From positions 451,011 through 515,010 of the forward strand of contig CAVSBO010000003.1 in the NCBI GenBank assembly GCA_963726195.1: DNA of 64,000 nucleotides, read 5' to 3'. The translations under genes were made by a program, and so were the position numbers. The notes under the pieces are model-generated. The model searched no databases. It was given only the letters and a program-made list of their open reading frames with translations, and was not told where the DNA came from. Shown here in pieces: positions 18,534 through 28,411 of this stretch (its first letter is position 1; each line of letters opens with the position of its first letter). The DNA comes from Candidatus Thorarchaeota archaeon. GTDB taxonomy: Archaea; Asgardarchaeota; Thorarchaeia; Thorarchaeales; Thorarchaeaceae.

Positions 18534-18667
18534 GGATTATCGCCACAAGACATAGAGCAATATGGATGCGCGGAAACACTCTGTAAACCAGTCCCTGCGC
18601 AGGATGTTGGCTCCTCTTCGCCTTGATTATTGCCATTGGTTCGTCCGAAGGTCATTGATCTCTCCTC

Positions 18668-19621
18668 CTAGCCGAATCTTATGCGAGGGTCAAGTGCGCC
18701 ATATGCCACGTCGACTATCAAATTCGCACTCACGAAAACAAGGGCCACGAGAAGAACGAAGCCATTGATTGCAGCCATGTCAGACACTAAGATTGCCTGC
18801 GTTGCCCATCGACCAAGACCAGGCCAGTTGAAAATGGTCTCGGTTAGTACAGCACCGGACATCAGACCTCCGAATGCCAAACCAACGACGGTCACTGTCG
18901 GAATGAGCGCATTCCTCAGAGCGTGCCTGTATATCACTATGCGCTCGGTAAGCCCTTTGGACCGTGCCAATGTGATATAGTCTTCCTTCATGACCTCGAG
19001 CATACTTGAACGCATCATTCTCGTGACGATAGCAAGTGTCATATAGCCTAGGCAAAAACCTGGCATTATGAGATGTAGTATGGCATTCCAGAACAGGATA
19101 GGTTGACCATATAGTAAGGAATCGACAAGAACAAACCCAGTTATGCTGGTATCATAATCGTAGCCGACTCCATTATGGAGGACCGCCTTCCAAAACTCAT
19201 TGTCGATTCTATCGCCACCGGGCAGATAGGGAAGATGATGGATTTCGAGCTGAAAGAAGAACACATACTTGAGCATAAGGCCGAACCAAAAGATTGGCAT
19301 GGACACGCCGGCGAGGGAGAAAACTCGTGTGAAGTGATCGATGGGCTTGTCCTTCCTTGTGGCCGAGAGGATGCCAAGGGGGATGCCAAGGACCACCGCG
19401 AATATCATGGCTACGATAGAAAGCTCAATAGTGGCGGGGAACCTGCGAGCGATTATCTGAAGTACGGGCTGATCGCCCCCAACGGAATAGCTCGTCCCCC
19501 AGTCGCCAGTAAGCAGGCTTCTCAAGTAGAGAAAGTACTGAACGACCAGAGGCTGATCAAATCCGTGGACCCTGATTATTCCAGGGATGGCCGCCGGAGG
19601 TGTCCGATCTGTTATGAACAT
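18668..19621 (-). CDS. oppB: Oligopeptide ABC permease OppB; the N-terminal TM helix is encoded in another frame up to 19733
   Basis: GFDQPLVVQYFLYL and the permease core are present. The canonical N-terminus MKLRDFILRRIILAIPVVFGVLTITWFLAYVVGNPVD is encoded at 19733-19623, one nucleotide out of frame. Confidence 0.8.
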   Translation of the reverse strand: MFITDRTPPAAIPGIIRVHGFDQPLVVQYFLYLRSLLTGDWGTSYSVGGDQPVLQIIARRFPATIELSIVAMIFAVVLGIPLGILSATRKDKPIDHFTRVFSLAGVSMPIFWFGLMLKYVFFFQLEIHHLPYLPGGDRIDNEFWKAVLHNGVGYDYDTSITGFVLVDSLLYGQPILFWNAILHLIMPGFCLGYMTLAIVTRMMRSSMLEVMKEDYITLARSKGLTERIVIYRHALRNALIPTVTVVGLAFGGLMSGAVLTETIFNWPGLGRWATQAILVSDMAAINGFVLLVALVFVSANLIVDVAYGALDPRIRFG

Positions 19622-20075
19622 GGTCCACTGGGTTCCCTACAACATAAGCCAAGAACCAAGTAATCGTGAGCACACCAAAGACAACCGGTATAGCCAGAAT
19701 GATTCTTCTTAGAATGAAATCCCTAAGCTTCATCTATCAAACCTCAAGCGCATCTCGGTTCCGGAAACCGGGTCTGTGCCCTTTTCGAGTAAAGAGGGCG
19801 GTTTGGATGCGGCACTTAAGTATTTGGATGGACCCGATTCGTCACGAGCCGACGGTAGTACCCCTATAATACCTTTTGACTCCCGCAAGATTGGAGAATG
19901 GGCTGTTCTTTGGTCCGAAAAGTAGTAAGCTATATTAGACTCATGTCCAGTAACAATGCACTGTGTTTCGAGAACAGGGGTCTACATGAATTTGCAGCTC
20001 CCAAGCGGTCCTATATGCAGCCTGCTTGGGATGCGATGACCTCTGTGCCAGATAACACAAAAGAAGAGGGAAAAC

Positions 20076-21956
20076 ATGAACAGAAATATGATCCTCGCAA
20101 TCATAGTTGTGGTTGTCGTGGTCGCCTCCGTCGGAGCATTTATTCTGCTGCTGCCGCCGGTTACGACAATCGCACCTCCAAGAGCACATACAGTCATCGA
20201 GGAGACGATTGCGGATCCTCAGCATTTGGACCCCGCCGTCGATTATGAGACCGCCGGTGGAGCCGTGATGGAACAAACTTACGAGACATTGTACTGGTAT
20301 CCTTTCAATAGCGACAACACGACACCCAGTCAACCAATGCTCGCAACGGCCTGTGTGATTTCAGCTGATGGTCTCAATTACACTTTCACCCTGAGGCAGG
20401 GAGTGACATTCTCAGACGGCATTCCTTTCAACGCGTCATGTGTGAAGTACAGCCTTGAGAGACTCATGAAGATCTACTGGGGTGACGGACCGGCCTGGAT
20501 GTTCGGAGAACCCATCTTGGGTGGTCAGGCAGTCGAAGATGCCTCCAACACTTACGGTGGCACTAGTCCTCAGTTCAAGGCAGCCTATGACAACTGGGCA
20601 GCAAACTCGAGTTCTATCATAGTACTCGATAACTACAATGTTCGATTCAGGCTCGCATACAAGTATGCTCCGTTCTTTGCAGTGATGGCATTCTCAGAGG
20701 CCTCCATCATTAGCCCAAGCTGGGTTGAAGCCCACGGTGGAACCGGCTATGGTGTAATCAACGCATATGTGGATACGCATATGTGTGGCACCGGTCCATA
20801 CACGTTCGTCAGCTGGGTACCGGCGGAGCAGTTGCTGCTCACCCTGAACACCAACTACTGGGGAGCCACCTCAATAAAGACTACCTATCCACATGCTGGC
20901 AGTATCACCGACATAGTGTACAAGTACAACGTCGATGTCAACAGCAGAATCCTGAACATGCTGTCTAACGCAACTGACACCGGCGCTTGGCCGACAACCC
21001 ACGCTCTCTATATTTGGAACCAGGTGAATGGTAGCAGCGGCGATGGTACGCTCAAGTCATTCTATTCAACAATGAAACTTTGGTGCGGAGAACCTACGTA
21101 TGTCGTGAACTTCATTGGGATGAACGAGAGACCGTACTTGAACATTTCAAACACCATCGTTAAGAGCCCATTCGTCCTGAAGGGTTTCAGGGAGGCATGC
21201 GCCTACTCCTTTGACTACAGTACCTACATCGCGAACGTCCTTCACGGCTTTGGTAAGCAGGCCCAAGGACCTATCCCATATGGGATGTTTGGCCACAATA
21301 ACAGCCTGTCGATGTACTCGTATGATCTGGACAAAGCAGTGTTAGCATGGAATGATGCCATGGCTCACGGCCTGAATGACATTCTTACCAACATGTCCTT
21401 CAACCTCATCATCTACTACAACACAGGAAACACTGGCCGTCAGCAGGGTTCTCTGCTAATGGCAGATGGTCTGAACAAGGTCCTCGCGGACCCGCTGGCA
21501 ACCAAGCCCAACCACACCCTAACAATAACAGCGGAAGGTGTCGCGTGGCCGTCCTATCTCTACATGCTCAACAACAGGCAGCTCGCGTTCTTCCTGCTCG
21601 GGTGGGCACCTGACTTTGCTGACCCAGATGACTATGTTGGCCCATTCGTGTCCAGCACAGGCACCTACGGCAGCAGAATCGGTCTTTCCTACTCTGCAAC
21701 ATGGAACGCTACCCTCGTTGATGGTTGGATTAAGGCTGCTGCTCAGGAGCTCAACCCAACTGCACGCATAGCAGACTATGGCAAGATCCAGCAGGCCATC
21801 AGTGATGAGGCTGCCTACATTTGGACAGTTCAGCCTACGAACTTCCACGCTGAATGTGTGTACATGAACGGATACTACTACAACCCGATGGTATTCGGCA
21901 ACTACTACTACCTCTACTACAAGGCCTACCCCGCAGGGTGGACCATGCCAGCATAG
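20076..21956 (+). CDS. ABC transporter substrate-binding protein, family 5 (oligopeptide/dipeptide/nickel), N-terminally membrane anchored
   Basis: N-terminal TM helix MILAIIVVVVVVASVGAFILLL. Family-5 SBP-like segments include YTFTLRQGVTFSDGIPFNASCVKYSLER and GTGPYTFVSWVPAEQLLLTLNTNYW. The gene is divergent from oppB. Confidence 0.85.
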   Translation: MNRNMILAIIVVVVVVASVGAFILLLPPVTTIAPPRAHTVIEETIADPQHLDPAVDYETAGGAVMEQTYETLYWYPFNSDNTTPSQPMLATACVISADGLNYTFTLRQGVTFSDGIPFNASCVKYSLERLMKIYWGDGPAWMFGEPILGGQAVEDASNTYGGTSPQFKAAYDNWAANSSSIIVLDNYNVRFRLAYKYAPFFAVMAFSEASIISPSWVEAHGGTGYGVINAYVDTHMCGTGPYTFVSWVPAEQLLLTLNTNYWGATSIKTTYPHAGSITDIVYKYNVDVNSRILNMLSNATDTGAWPTTHALYIWNQVNGSSGDGTLKSFYSTMKLWCGEPTYVVNFIGMNERPYLNISNTIVKSPFVLKGFREACAYSFDYSTYIANVLHGFGKQAQGPIPYGMFGHNNSLSMYSYDLDKAVLAWNDAMAHGLNDILTNMSFNLIIYYNTGNTGRQQGSLLMADGLNKVLADPLATKPNHTLTITAEGVAWPSYLYMLNNRQLAFFLLGWAPDFADPDDYVGPFVSSTGTYGSRIGLSYSATWNATLVDGWIKAAAQELNPTARIADYGKIQQAISDEAAYIWTVQPTNFHAECVYMNGYYYNPMVFGNYYYLYYKAYPAGWTMPA

Positions 21957-22191
21957 GTAGTTAGTGTAAAGGCAGAGGACTGTAATCCTCTGCCCGCTCT
22001 TCTTTTTCGTTGCTCGGGGCCTCTCATAATGAGTGGACATGATTCCCGAACAACAGCAAGGCCCTAAGGGAATCCTCCGGAATAGAGCCAAGCAATTTGC
22101 TCATGGAGCAGGCGTTCAGTCATTAATGGATATGGCGCAGTTGGAAGCTTTTATACGACAAACAGTAGACCGGGACTTGGGTGCCGAATAG

Positions 22192-23061
22192 TTGCAGATA
22201 GTCAAGAGAAGGAGAGACCTGTCCACTATGACAGCGAGGGAGATGCTCTCTCTGTGGTGGGAAGAGAGATGGGTTCGATATGTTGTCTTCTCGCTTACTC
22301 CAATTGGTCTGATCGATGCTGTCTACACAGTTATGCTCTGGAACAGCTTTGGAGCAGCCTTTGAGTTCAACCCCTTCGTCCGTTTTGCTCTCAGCACAGA
22401 TTGGTGGTATCTATGGTTCGCAATTGACATAGTTTCCTTCTCGCTGTTTGCCATGATTGCCGGATCCTACTATCTTCATACTCGCTCTCGAATCTTCGGA
22501 AACCGCGTCGGATGGCTTGCCGCCCTCGTTGGTTTCCGCATAGGAGCTGCGGCATACAACATCCTATTGTTCTACGAATTCCAAGCCGCACTTACAGCGG
22601 CAGCGATTGTCGGGATTTGTTCAGCCCTTCTACTCAGGGTTCTCCTTGGAAGAACGGAGGACATCAGCAAGCAGGGATTCGTGGGCTACTGGATGGGCAA
22701 GTACGATTCATTGCGTGATAGGTTGCTGAAAAGAGGAATGAAGGCGGTAGAACCGACAGTTCGAACTCATGTTGCGACCCAGACGGAAGCCATGTCGAAC
22801 GACTCCACATCCCTATGGCTTAAGCGCGCAGGTTACCTCTCCATCGCTGCGATTGTATTTGTTTCTACACCATTCTTTCTGGTCATGGTATCTGACTTGA
22901 CCGGCGCAAATACATTCAGTCAGCTTTACGGGTCGGTTGTATTCTTCAATGAACTATCATCGAACGCCTTTCTACTAGCGTTCTTGTCTGTCGTTGTTCT
23001 GGCGGCAGCCATGATGTTTTTCATCCTCAAAGCTTTTAGCGCGAGTGAAGGCACTTGGTAG
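22192..23061 (+). CDS. Integral membrane protein: DUF5658-like N-terminal region plus a C-terminal 2-TM module
   Basis: Multiple TM helices, and a GLIDAVYTVMLW...FEFNPFVRF motif. The C-terminal ~85 aa are paralogous to the next gene. Confidence 0.6.
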   Translation: MQIVKRRRDLSTMTAREMLSLWWEERWVRYVVFSLTPIGLIDAVYTVMLWNSFGAAFEFNPFVRFALSTDWWYLWFAIDIVSFSLFAMIAGSYYLHTRSRIFGNRVGWLAALVGFRIGAAAYNILLFYEFQAALTAAAIVGICSALLLRVLLGRTEDISKQGFVGYWMGKYDSLRDRLLKRGMKAVEPTVRTHVATQTEAMSNDSTSLWLKRAGYLSIAAIVFVSTPFFLVMVSDLTGANTFSQLYGSVVFFNELSSNAFLLAFLSVVVLAAAMMFFILKAFSASEGTW

Positions 23062-23085
23062 GCGATTTAGAGTCGATTTACAGGA

Positions 23086-23388
23086 TTGAATCAGGAGCAG
23101 AGTGCGATGGTTGACAGCCAGCAGGTCAATTGGAAACGCATCTGGGTTAAACGGGCAATCTACTTGGCACTGGCGATAGGAGTCTTTGTTGCATTGCCAA
23201 TGCTTCTGTTGGTGATAGCAAACCTAACCGGCGTGATTAATTTCAGTGAGATATACGGGCCACTTGTCTGGTTCAACGAGCTTTCGGCCCCGGCGTTTAT
23301 GATCGCATTCTTTACGATATTGATCGTTATAGGCGTGATCCTATTCCTCATACTGAAGATGTTTGAAACGTCAGAAGGTGGGTGGTAG
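23086..23388 (+). CDS. Small 2-TM membrane protein, paralog of the C-terminus of the preceding gene
   Basis: It aligns by eye with 22192-23061: LTG.N.FS..YG..V.FNELS..AF..AF......L...F.ILK.F..SEG.W. Confidence 0.6.
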   Translation: MNQEQSAMVDSQQVNWKRIWVKRAIYLALAIGVFVALPMLLLVIANLTGVINFSEIYGPLVWFNELSAPAFMIAFFTILIVIGVILFLILKMFETSEGGW

Positions 23389-23412
23389 CCGACTGGGATG
23401 GAGGATAGGACC

Positions 23413-24174
23413 TCAGCTCTGCTTTGGATTAGCCATCGTCAAAGCCATTATCGCTTTCTGAACATGCAGTCGATTCTCAGCTACATCATACACGATAGAT
23501 TGCGGTCCGTCGCACACTTCATCAGTGACCTCAGCCCCACGGTCTACTGGTCCGCAATGCGTGAAGAATGCGTTGTTCGTCTTTGACATCAACTCACTGT
23601 TGCATATCCAATCATCGTACTTAGATGCCATGTCGATTTCTTTCTTCTTGGCGGCATCTACGCCGATTTTCTTCATGTCGGCATAGAAGGCAGGGCTCTG
23701 CCAGTTGCGGCTGTAGACGAAGTCAGCTCCCTTGTATCCTTCCTCGAGGTCATGCACGATTTCAAACCGACCACCCGATATAGCAGCGTTGCTTTCACAC
23801 GACTTGATGACTTGTGGGTCCAAATCATAACCTTCCGGATACGCCAAGGTCACATCCATTCCGAGACGTGTATTGATGAGAATGCTTTCTTGTACCGAAC
23901 ACCATGACCGTACCAACGCCCCTTTTCCCCAGACTTGAAGGAGCTTCTTGTGCTTGAGATTCTTGCCACCATGCATCCTCATTCCCATGACATCAGCCAT
24001 TCCCTGGCAAGGATGGAACTTGTCATGAGCCATACTAATGACCGGCACACTAGCCCACTTTGCATACTCGCGGAGAAGCTCATCACCTTCGCCATAGTGT
24101 TCCACTGCGGTCTCGAGAGTCCTGATGCCGATTCCGCAGGCGTACCTACTCATCACATTCGCTGCGTCCTGCAC
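23413..24174 (-). CDS. Carbamoyltransferase family protein (OTC/ATC superfamily, non-canonical), C-terminal part of a frameshift-split gene
   Basis: HPCQGMADVMG, LAYPEGYDL, and THCGPVDRGAEVTDEVCDGPQSIVYDVAENRLHVQKAIMAL. Confidence 0.8.
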   Translation of the reverse strand: MQDAANVMSRYACGIGIRTLETAVEHYGEGDELLREYAKWASVPVISMAHDKFHPCQGMADVMGMRMHGGKNLKHKKLLQVWGKGALVRSWCSVQESILINTRLGMDVTLAYPEGYDLDPQVIKSCESNAAISGGRFEIVHDLEEGYKGADFVYSRNWQSPAFYADMKKIGVDAAKKKEIDMASKYDDWICNSELMSKTNNAFFTHCGPVDRGAEVTDEVCDGPQSIVYDVAENRLHVQKAIMALTMANPKQS

Positions 24175-24487
24175 AGTCTCGCCCGGCAGTAGTCTTAGTC
24201 TTAAGCCTCATCGAGGTGGGTTCCAAAAACTGAGCATGGCCGCCGAGCTCAGTAGCTGCACACTCAAAGCTTTGACGCGTCCTGACGCTGGGATTGTAGA
24301 AGAACATGAAGAAGGTCTTGCGGTCAAGACAGTTTCTCAACGGATGATTGAAGCGGTTCGCTTTGAACTCGAAGGCTAGGGCGAGAGTACGTTCAAGCTC
24401 ATCAACACTCCAGTCTTGAGTGCAAATGAGGTCACGTCCGAACAGGCTCTTTGCGCTCCCTCTTTGAGACTTTGCCATCAGATCCAC
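24146..24487 (-). CDS. Carbamoyltransferase family protein, N-terminal part of the same split gene
   Basis: Carbamoyl-phosphate-binding region FFYNPSVRTRQSFECAATELGGHA. The frame changes near 24170 at a ggg run. Confidence 0.75.
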   Translation of the reverse strand: MDLMAKSQRGSAKSLFGRDLICTQDWSVDELERTLALAFEFKANRFNHPLRNCLDRKTFFMFFYNPSVRTRQSFECAATELGGHAQFLEPTSMRLKTKTTAGRDCAGRSECDE

Positions 24488-24584
24488 CGCTGATAAAGAA
24501 TGGCCGCCTATTTTAAGATGTATCGGAAGTCACGTCATGGCGTTGTCGTTCGCGTCATGCGTGACTCCGACGTGAAAGAAGAGA

Positions 24585-24743
<159 letters not shown>

Positions 24744-24853
24744 CTAGGGGGCGCCCTTCAAGCGTTAAGGAAGCGTTAAGGTAAAGAGAGTTAACAACCC
24801 TCGCAACAGTCAATACCCAAAGAACCGAGAGGTGTCCAAGGCTTCGGGGTGAC

Positions 24854-26731
24854 GTGATGTCGGAGGAGCGCTACAGGGCAAACGCGATACTAATCATGAT
24901 TGTGCTGCAAATAGCTTCTATATCGTTGATTCAACTGGGGCTGGGCGCAGTCCTGAGCAAGCCAGGCAGCACCGTAGACCAGCAGAGGATTATTGTCATC
25001 CCTGTATACTTCCCTGATTGCGGACCCAGCACATCGATAGACACGTTCATCCAGAGAATGTCGAAGGTCGCAGACTACTACACAGAGTGCTCCTATTCTC
25101 AGGTTTCGATAACAAGCGACGTTCTGGGTTGGGTCGAACTTGATTCGCCCATGCTCTCCTATGCTCAAACACAGACCATGGGCGAAGTCAACCATACTCC
25201 CGCGCAGGGACGAATCTTCACCGAAGCCATAGCAAAAGTCGACTCGCAAGTGAACTTCCTCTACTATGACAGGCTCATACTGGTCCACTCGGGACCCGGG
25301 GCAGATGCGAAGAACTACTCGCTCATAGGAACCTGCAACGTGCCGGGCTGGTATGCAACCAGTGACGGCAGGGGCTTCACCAAGGCTTCGATCGTATCGG
25401 AATACGATGAATTTGGCACGATTGCACATGAACTCGGGCACGATTTCGGGGCTCCAGACCTATACGACTACTACGCCAAGAATGCTGACATCACAGGACT
25501 CTATCGATGGGACATAATGAGTTCAGGCAGCTACAACGGAAACCCCATGGGTTCCATGCCTGCTCACATGAGTACTTTCACCAAGCTTCGCACAGGCTGG
25601 ATTCACCAGAACGAAATCTACAACCTCTCAAACGGCACTCTCAGAATCAATCTTGTACCACTCAGTGTGCAGGGGAATGGGTTCAGGGCACTCCGATACG
25701 ACCTGCCAGATGGCCGTTATTATTTGGTGGAATCGAGGAGCCGAGTGGGATTCGACCAAGGATTGCCCGGAGAAGGTGTGCTGGTCATGCTCGTCGACGA
25801 ATCACTGATTGTTCGGAATAGAGATGCCGTTCGGTTGCAGGTTCCCCCGTTCGCAGAAGGTCTCTGGAATGCGGAGCTGAAAGAAGGCGAATCTTTCAGT
25901 GACTCGAATAGCTCCTTTGTTGTTCGGGTTCTGAAGTGGACTACAGACTTGGCCACCGTTGTCGTGGGCACCGACCTCAGGCAGGATTGGGCCGTTTGCG
26001 ATAGGATTGGGCTCCCAGTGGGGCTAGACGTTAATGGAGTGGTGGTCACGACAGCACATGCGGACGCGTGGTTGCCGGCGACAACGACTTTCGCCGCTGT
26101 CAGTCTCTCGAACCACACATACTCTTGGTTCAATGTGTACTCCTCGAATGATTCAGGGAGAGACTGGGTACTAAAGTTCAGTACGGCAGGTTCGGGCTAT
26201 GGGATTAGCATGTATAGACTCACGGTAACCTACTATGAATGTAACGTGATTTTCGCAGGTTGGATAGGGGTCCTCAATAGTTGGCAGGCGGGTGTCTTGC
26301 TCTATAACCTCGGCTCAAAGACCTTCGGGTTCTCAAACCTTAGCTTGCTAGTGCCCGGCCTATTCATCTCGTCCGTTGCCGCATGTGCTTCGGTGGACAC
26401 TTACTACATGTGTTGTTCGGGAGGTCTCAATGGGACTAGGGGTCTTGCCTACGTCAGGTTAAGACAAGCACAGTGGAACTACACATGGGTACCAATACCA
26501 GATGTCCTTGACGCGAAGGTTAGCAACCCTCCTACTTACAACGGCATTCCTTACGTCCTGTATCAAGACGGCAACAAGCATCTAAGACTTGTTCGGTTCA
26601 ACGAAACATCTGTTCTAGTTTCCTTCGACGCGCTCTATGACGGCACGCGCGATTTCGACTTGGTTTCTTCACCCAGCAGGTTGTTGATTGCGTACCACGA
26701 TGGATCCGAGAACGAGAACAAATCGAATTGA
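24854..26731 (+). CDS. M6-family (immune inhibitor A-like) metalloprotease domain protein, N-terminal part
   Basis: N-terminal TM/signal segment, and a zinc motif in the M6 context: TIAHELGHDFGAPDLYDYY. A long beta-rich C-terminal region follows. Confidence 0.7.
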   Translation: MMSEERYRANAILIMIVLQIASISLIQLGLGAVLSKPGSTVDQQRIIVIPVYFPDCGPSTSIDTFIQRMSKVADYYTECSYSQVSITSDVLGWVELDSPMLSYAQTQTMGEVNHTPAQGRIFTEAIAKVDSQVNFLYYDRLILVHSGPGADAKNYSLIGTCNVPGWYATSDGRGFTKASIVSEYDEFGTIAHELGHDFGAPDLYDYYAKNADITGLYRWDIMSSGSYNGNPMGSMPAHMSTFTKLRTGWIHQNEIYNLSNGTLRINLVPLSVQGNGFRALRYDLPDGRYYLVESRSRVGFDQGLPGEGVLVMLVDESLIVRNRDAVRLQVPPFAEGLWNAELKEGESFSDSNSSFVVRVLKWTTDLATVVVGTDLRQDWAVCDRIGLPVGLDVNGVVVTTAHADAWLPATTTFAAVSLSNHTYSWFNVYSSNDSGRDWVLKFSTAGSGYGISMYRLTVTYYECNVIFAGWIGVLNSWQAGVLLYNLGSKTFGFSNLSLLVPGLFISSVAACASVDTYYMCCSGGLNGTRGLAYVRLRQAQWNYTWVPIPDVLDAKVSNPPTYNGIPYVLYQDGNKHLRLVRFNETSVLVSFDALYDGTRDFDLVSSPSRLLIAYHDGSENENKSN

Positions 26732-27704
26732 CACGCTTCAAGTCTACTTCGGGAGCACGGAAGCGGGCTTTGCACGAATCCTCGTCCGCGAGAGTACCCA
26801 GAACTTCGCACTTGAGGGGCTATGCTACAAGAATCAGACTGACACCTTTTACCTTACGAGCCGGCACGGGGACAACTTGACGCAGTATCAAATCAAGGAT
26901 GGGGTCGCTCTGGCATATTCCCGCAATGTCACTAGTCCAAGTACGGTTATGTCGAAATGGGACGTCACTCACAGCAACTTTCCTCTCGTAGTGGGCTACC
27001 AATACGGAAAGACCAACGTCAGCTCAGTCCTTTGGTTAGCAGTTCCGGGCATCTCTGGTAACGAGGTCATCTTCTATATGGGGCCCGCAGTCGTGACTGC
27101 CCCTTACCTTCAATTGATTCCTGTGCTAGTCCTCGGTGGGATACTCATTCCTTCTGTTGCTTTGTACAGGAGCCAAGGTAGGAGACGATGGCTCGTTAGC
27201 ACTGCCCGACGACTCAAGCAAGGTACTGTGCTCGGGGTCGCGGACTTGACCAAACCGTATGAAAGATACCTTGTTCCATGGCGATACCAAGTGCTAATCA
27301 TAGCAACTGGTCTCATCACGCTTAACGTAGCATTGGTTATGCCTTTTCTGACCGAATCTCTTGGCTCAGTCCTGATGATTCCCTTCGTAATCCTCCATGA
27401 ACTCAGTGGCCAAGAGGCTTTGGCAGGAGTGTTTGTTTCGGCTGCGGCGGTTCTGTTGCCTCTGTCTGGCCTTGGCCAATCTTCGTCAGCTTGGTTGTCA
27501 CGGTGTCAGAGACTTCTAATCGTGCTCTTTGGACTAACGCTAGTCGTCTATGGCATTCTCGGGGGTCTGAACATCGCTGTAACGCTGTTGATTCTCTCGG
27601 CCATAGTCTACTTGCTCCTGATAGTGGTTGGCGGGGTTCCACTTTTGATGACAGAGATTGCCGTGAAGATAATCTGTGACGACTTGCCGGATACTGCTCA
27701 ATAG
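26688..27704 (+). CDS. Probable continuation of the M6 protease gene: extracellular region followed by a multi-TM C-terminal domain
   Basis: It overlaps the previous ORF by 44 nt in another frame, and a sensible fusion reading exists across about 26720. There are 5 or more hydrophobic helices after aa 140. Confidence 0.5.
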   Translation: MRTTMDPRTRTNRIDTLQVYFGSTEAGFARILVRESTQNFALEGLCYKNQTDTFYLTSRHGDNLTQYQIKDGVALAYSRNVTSPSTVMSKWDVTHSNFPLVVGYQYGKTNVSSVLWLAVPGISGNEVIFYMGPAVVTAPYLQLIPVLVLGGILIPSVALYRSQGRRRWLVSTARRLKQGTVLGVADLTKPYERYLVPWRYQVLIIATGLITLNVALVMPFLTESLGSVLMIPFVILHELSGQEALAGVFVSAAAVLLPLSGLGQSSSAWLSRCQRLLIVLFGLTLVVYGILGGLNIAVTLLILSAIVYLLLIVVGGVPLLMTEIAVKIICDDLPDTAQ

Positions 27705-27921
27705 TGATGCCCTAGTCTCGGTCCTGACAAGGATGGTGCTTGGTCTTTGATTCGAAAAACGTGTCGCCCAGCACCCGATGCATTTCAGTTGTTTCACAGA
27801 TCGGACCAGTGTTTGGCGTTTTCATCAACAGGAATGGTAGACATCACCTCATCTTTCGTCGGGACCGTGCATACAGATGTGTAGAATCCTCTCGCTCGCA
27901 AAAGCATAGAGAAAAATCCTT

Positions 27922-28404
27922 ATGGTTCTATTCCCGAATGAGGAAATCCTCCAAATGGACATTGTGCGATTGGGCAGAGGAATTTCATCGAACCTAGCTG
28001 TATTAGGAGTCTCGTTCCTTGCCAGCGGGGGCATTCTGGTCCTATTGTTTTGGCTGGGCATCTGGTCATTCCCGACTACCTATGAGACCGACCTGTACGT
28101 GGTCACAGTCTTCTTCGTTGGCCTTGTCGCTGCGGCTCTCGGCGGCTGCTTCTGGGGGATTTACAGCATTGAGGAGTACTTGGAATTCCGGAGACTGGCA
28201 CGGCTTATAGACCGAGCCGAGCAATCGAAAACAGCGGATCTAAGCCTGAGTCCCGCTCTCTTGCTCGACACGGTGGACAGGGAGCCTCTGCACACGGTCC
28301 AAGAGGCTGGTGGAGATGTCTTGTCCATAAGGAATCAAATGAAGAACCGTGCTCTAGCCCTCAATCCTGAGGAACTGAGAACAAAGAGTCGCCGGACTTC
28401 TTAA
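27922..28404 (+). CDS. 2-TM membrane protein with a cytoplasmic C-terminal tail
   Basis: Helices LAVLGVSFLASGGILVLLFWLGIW and VVTVFFVGLVAAALGGCFWGIY. Its stop is 7 nt before the next gene. Confidence 0.5.
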   Translation: MVLFPNEEILQMDIVRLGRGISSNLAVLGVSFLASGGILVLLFWLGIWSFPTTYETDLYVVTVFFVGLVAAALGGCFWGIYSIEEYLEFRRLARLIDRAEQSKTADLSLSPALLLDTVDREPLHTVQEAGGDVLSIRNQMKNRALALNPEELRTKSRRTS

Positions 28405-28411
28405 CTTAAAG

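Noticed and set aside
17904-19733. Programmed ribosomal frameshifting as an explanation for the split oppB/oppC genes, and other split genes
   Set aside because: The shift sites share no slippery heptamer or downstream structure. The same kind of break occurs in about 18 unrelated genes and even in a tRNA stem. Generic indels or recent decay are far more parsimonious.
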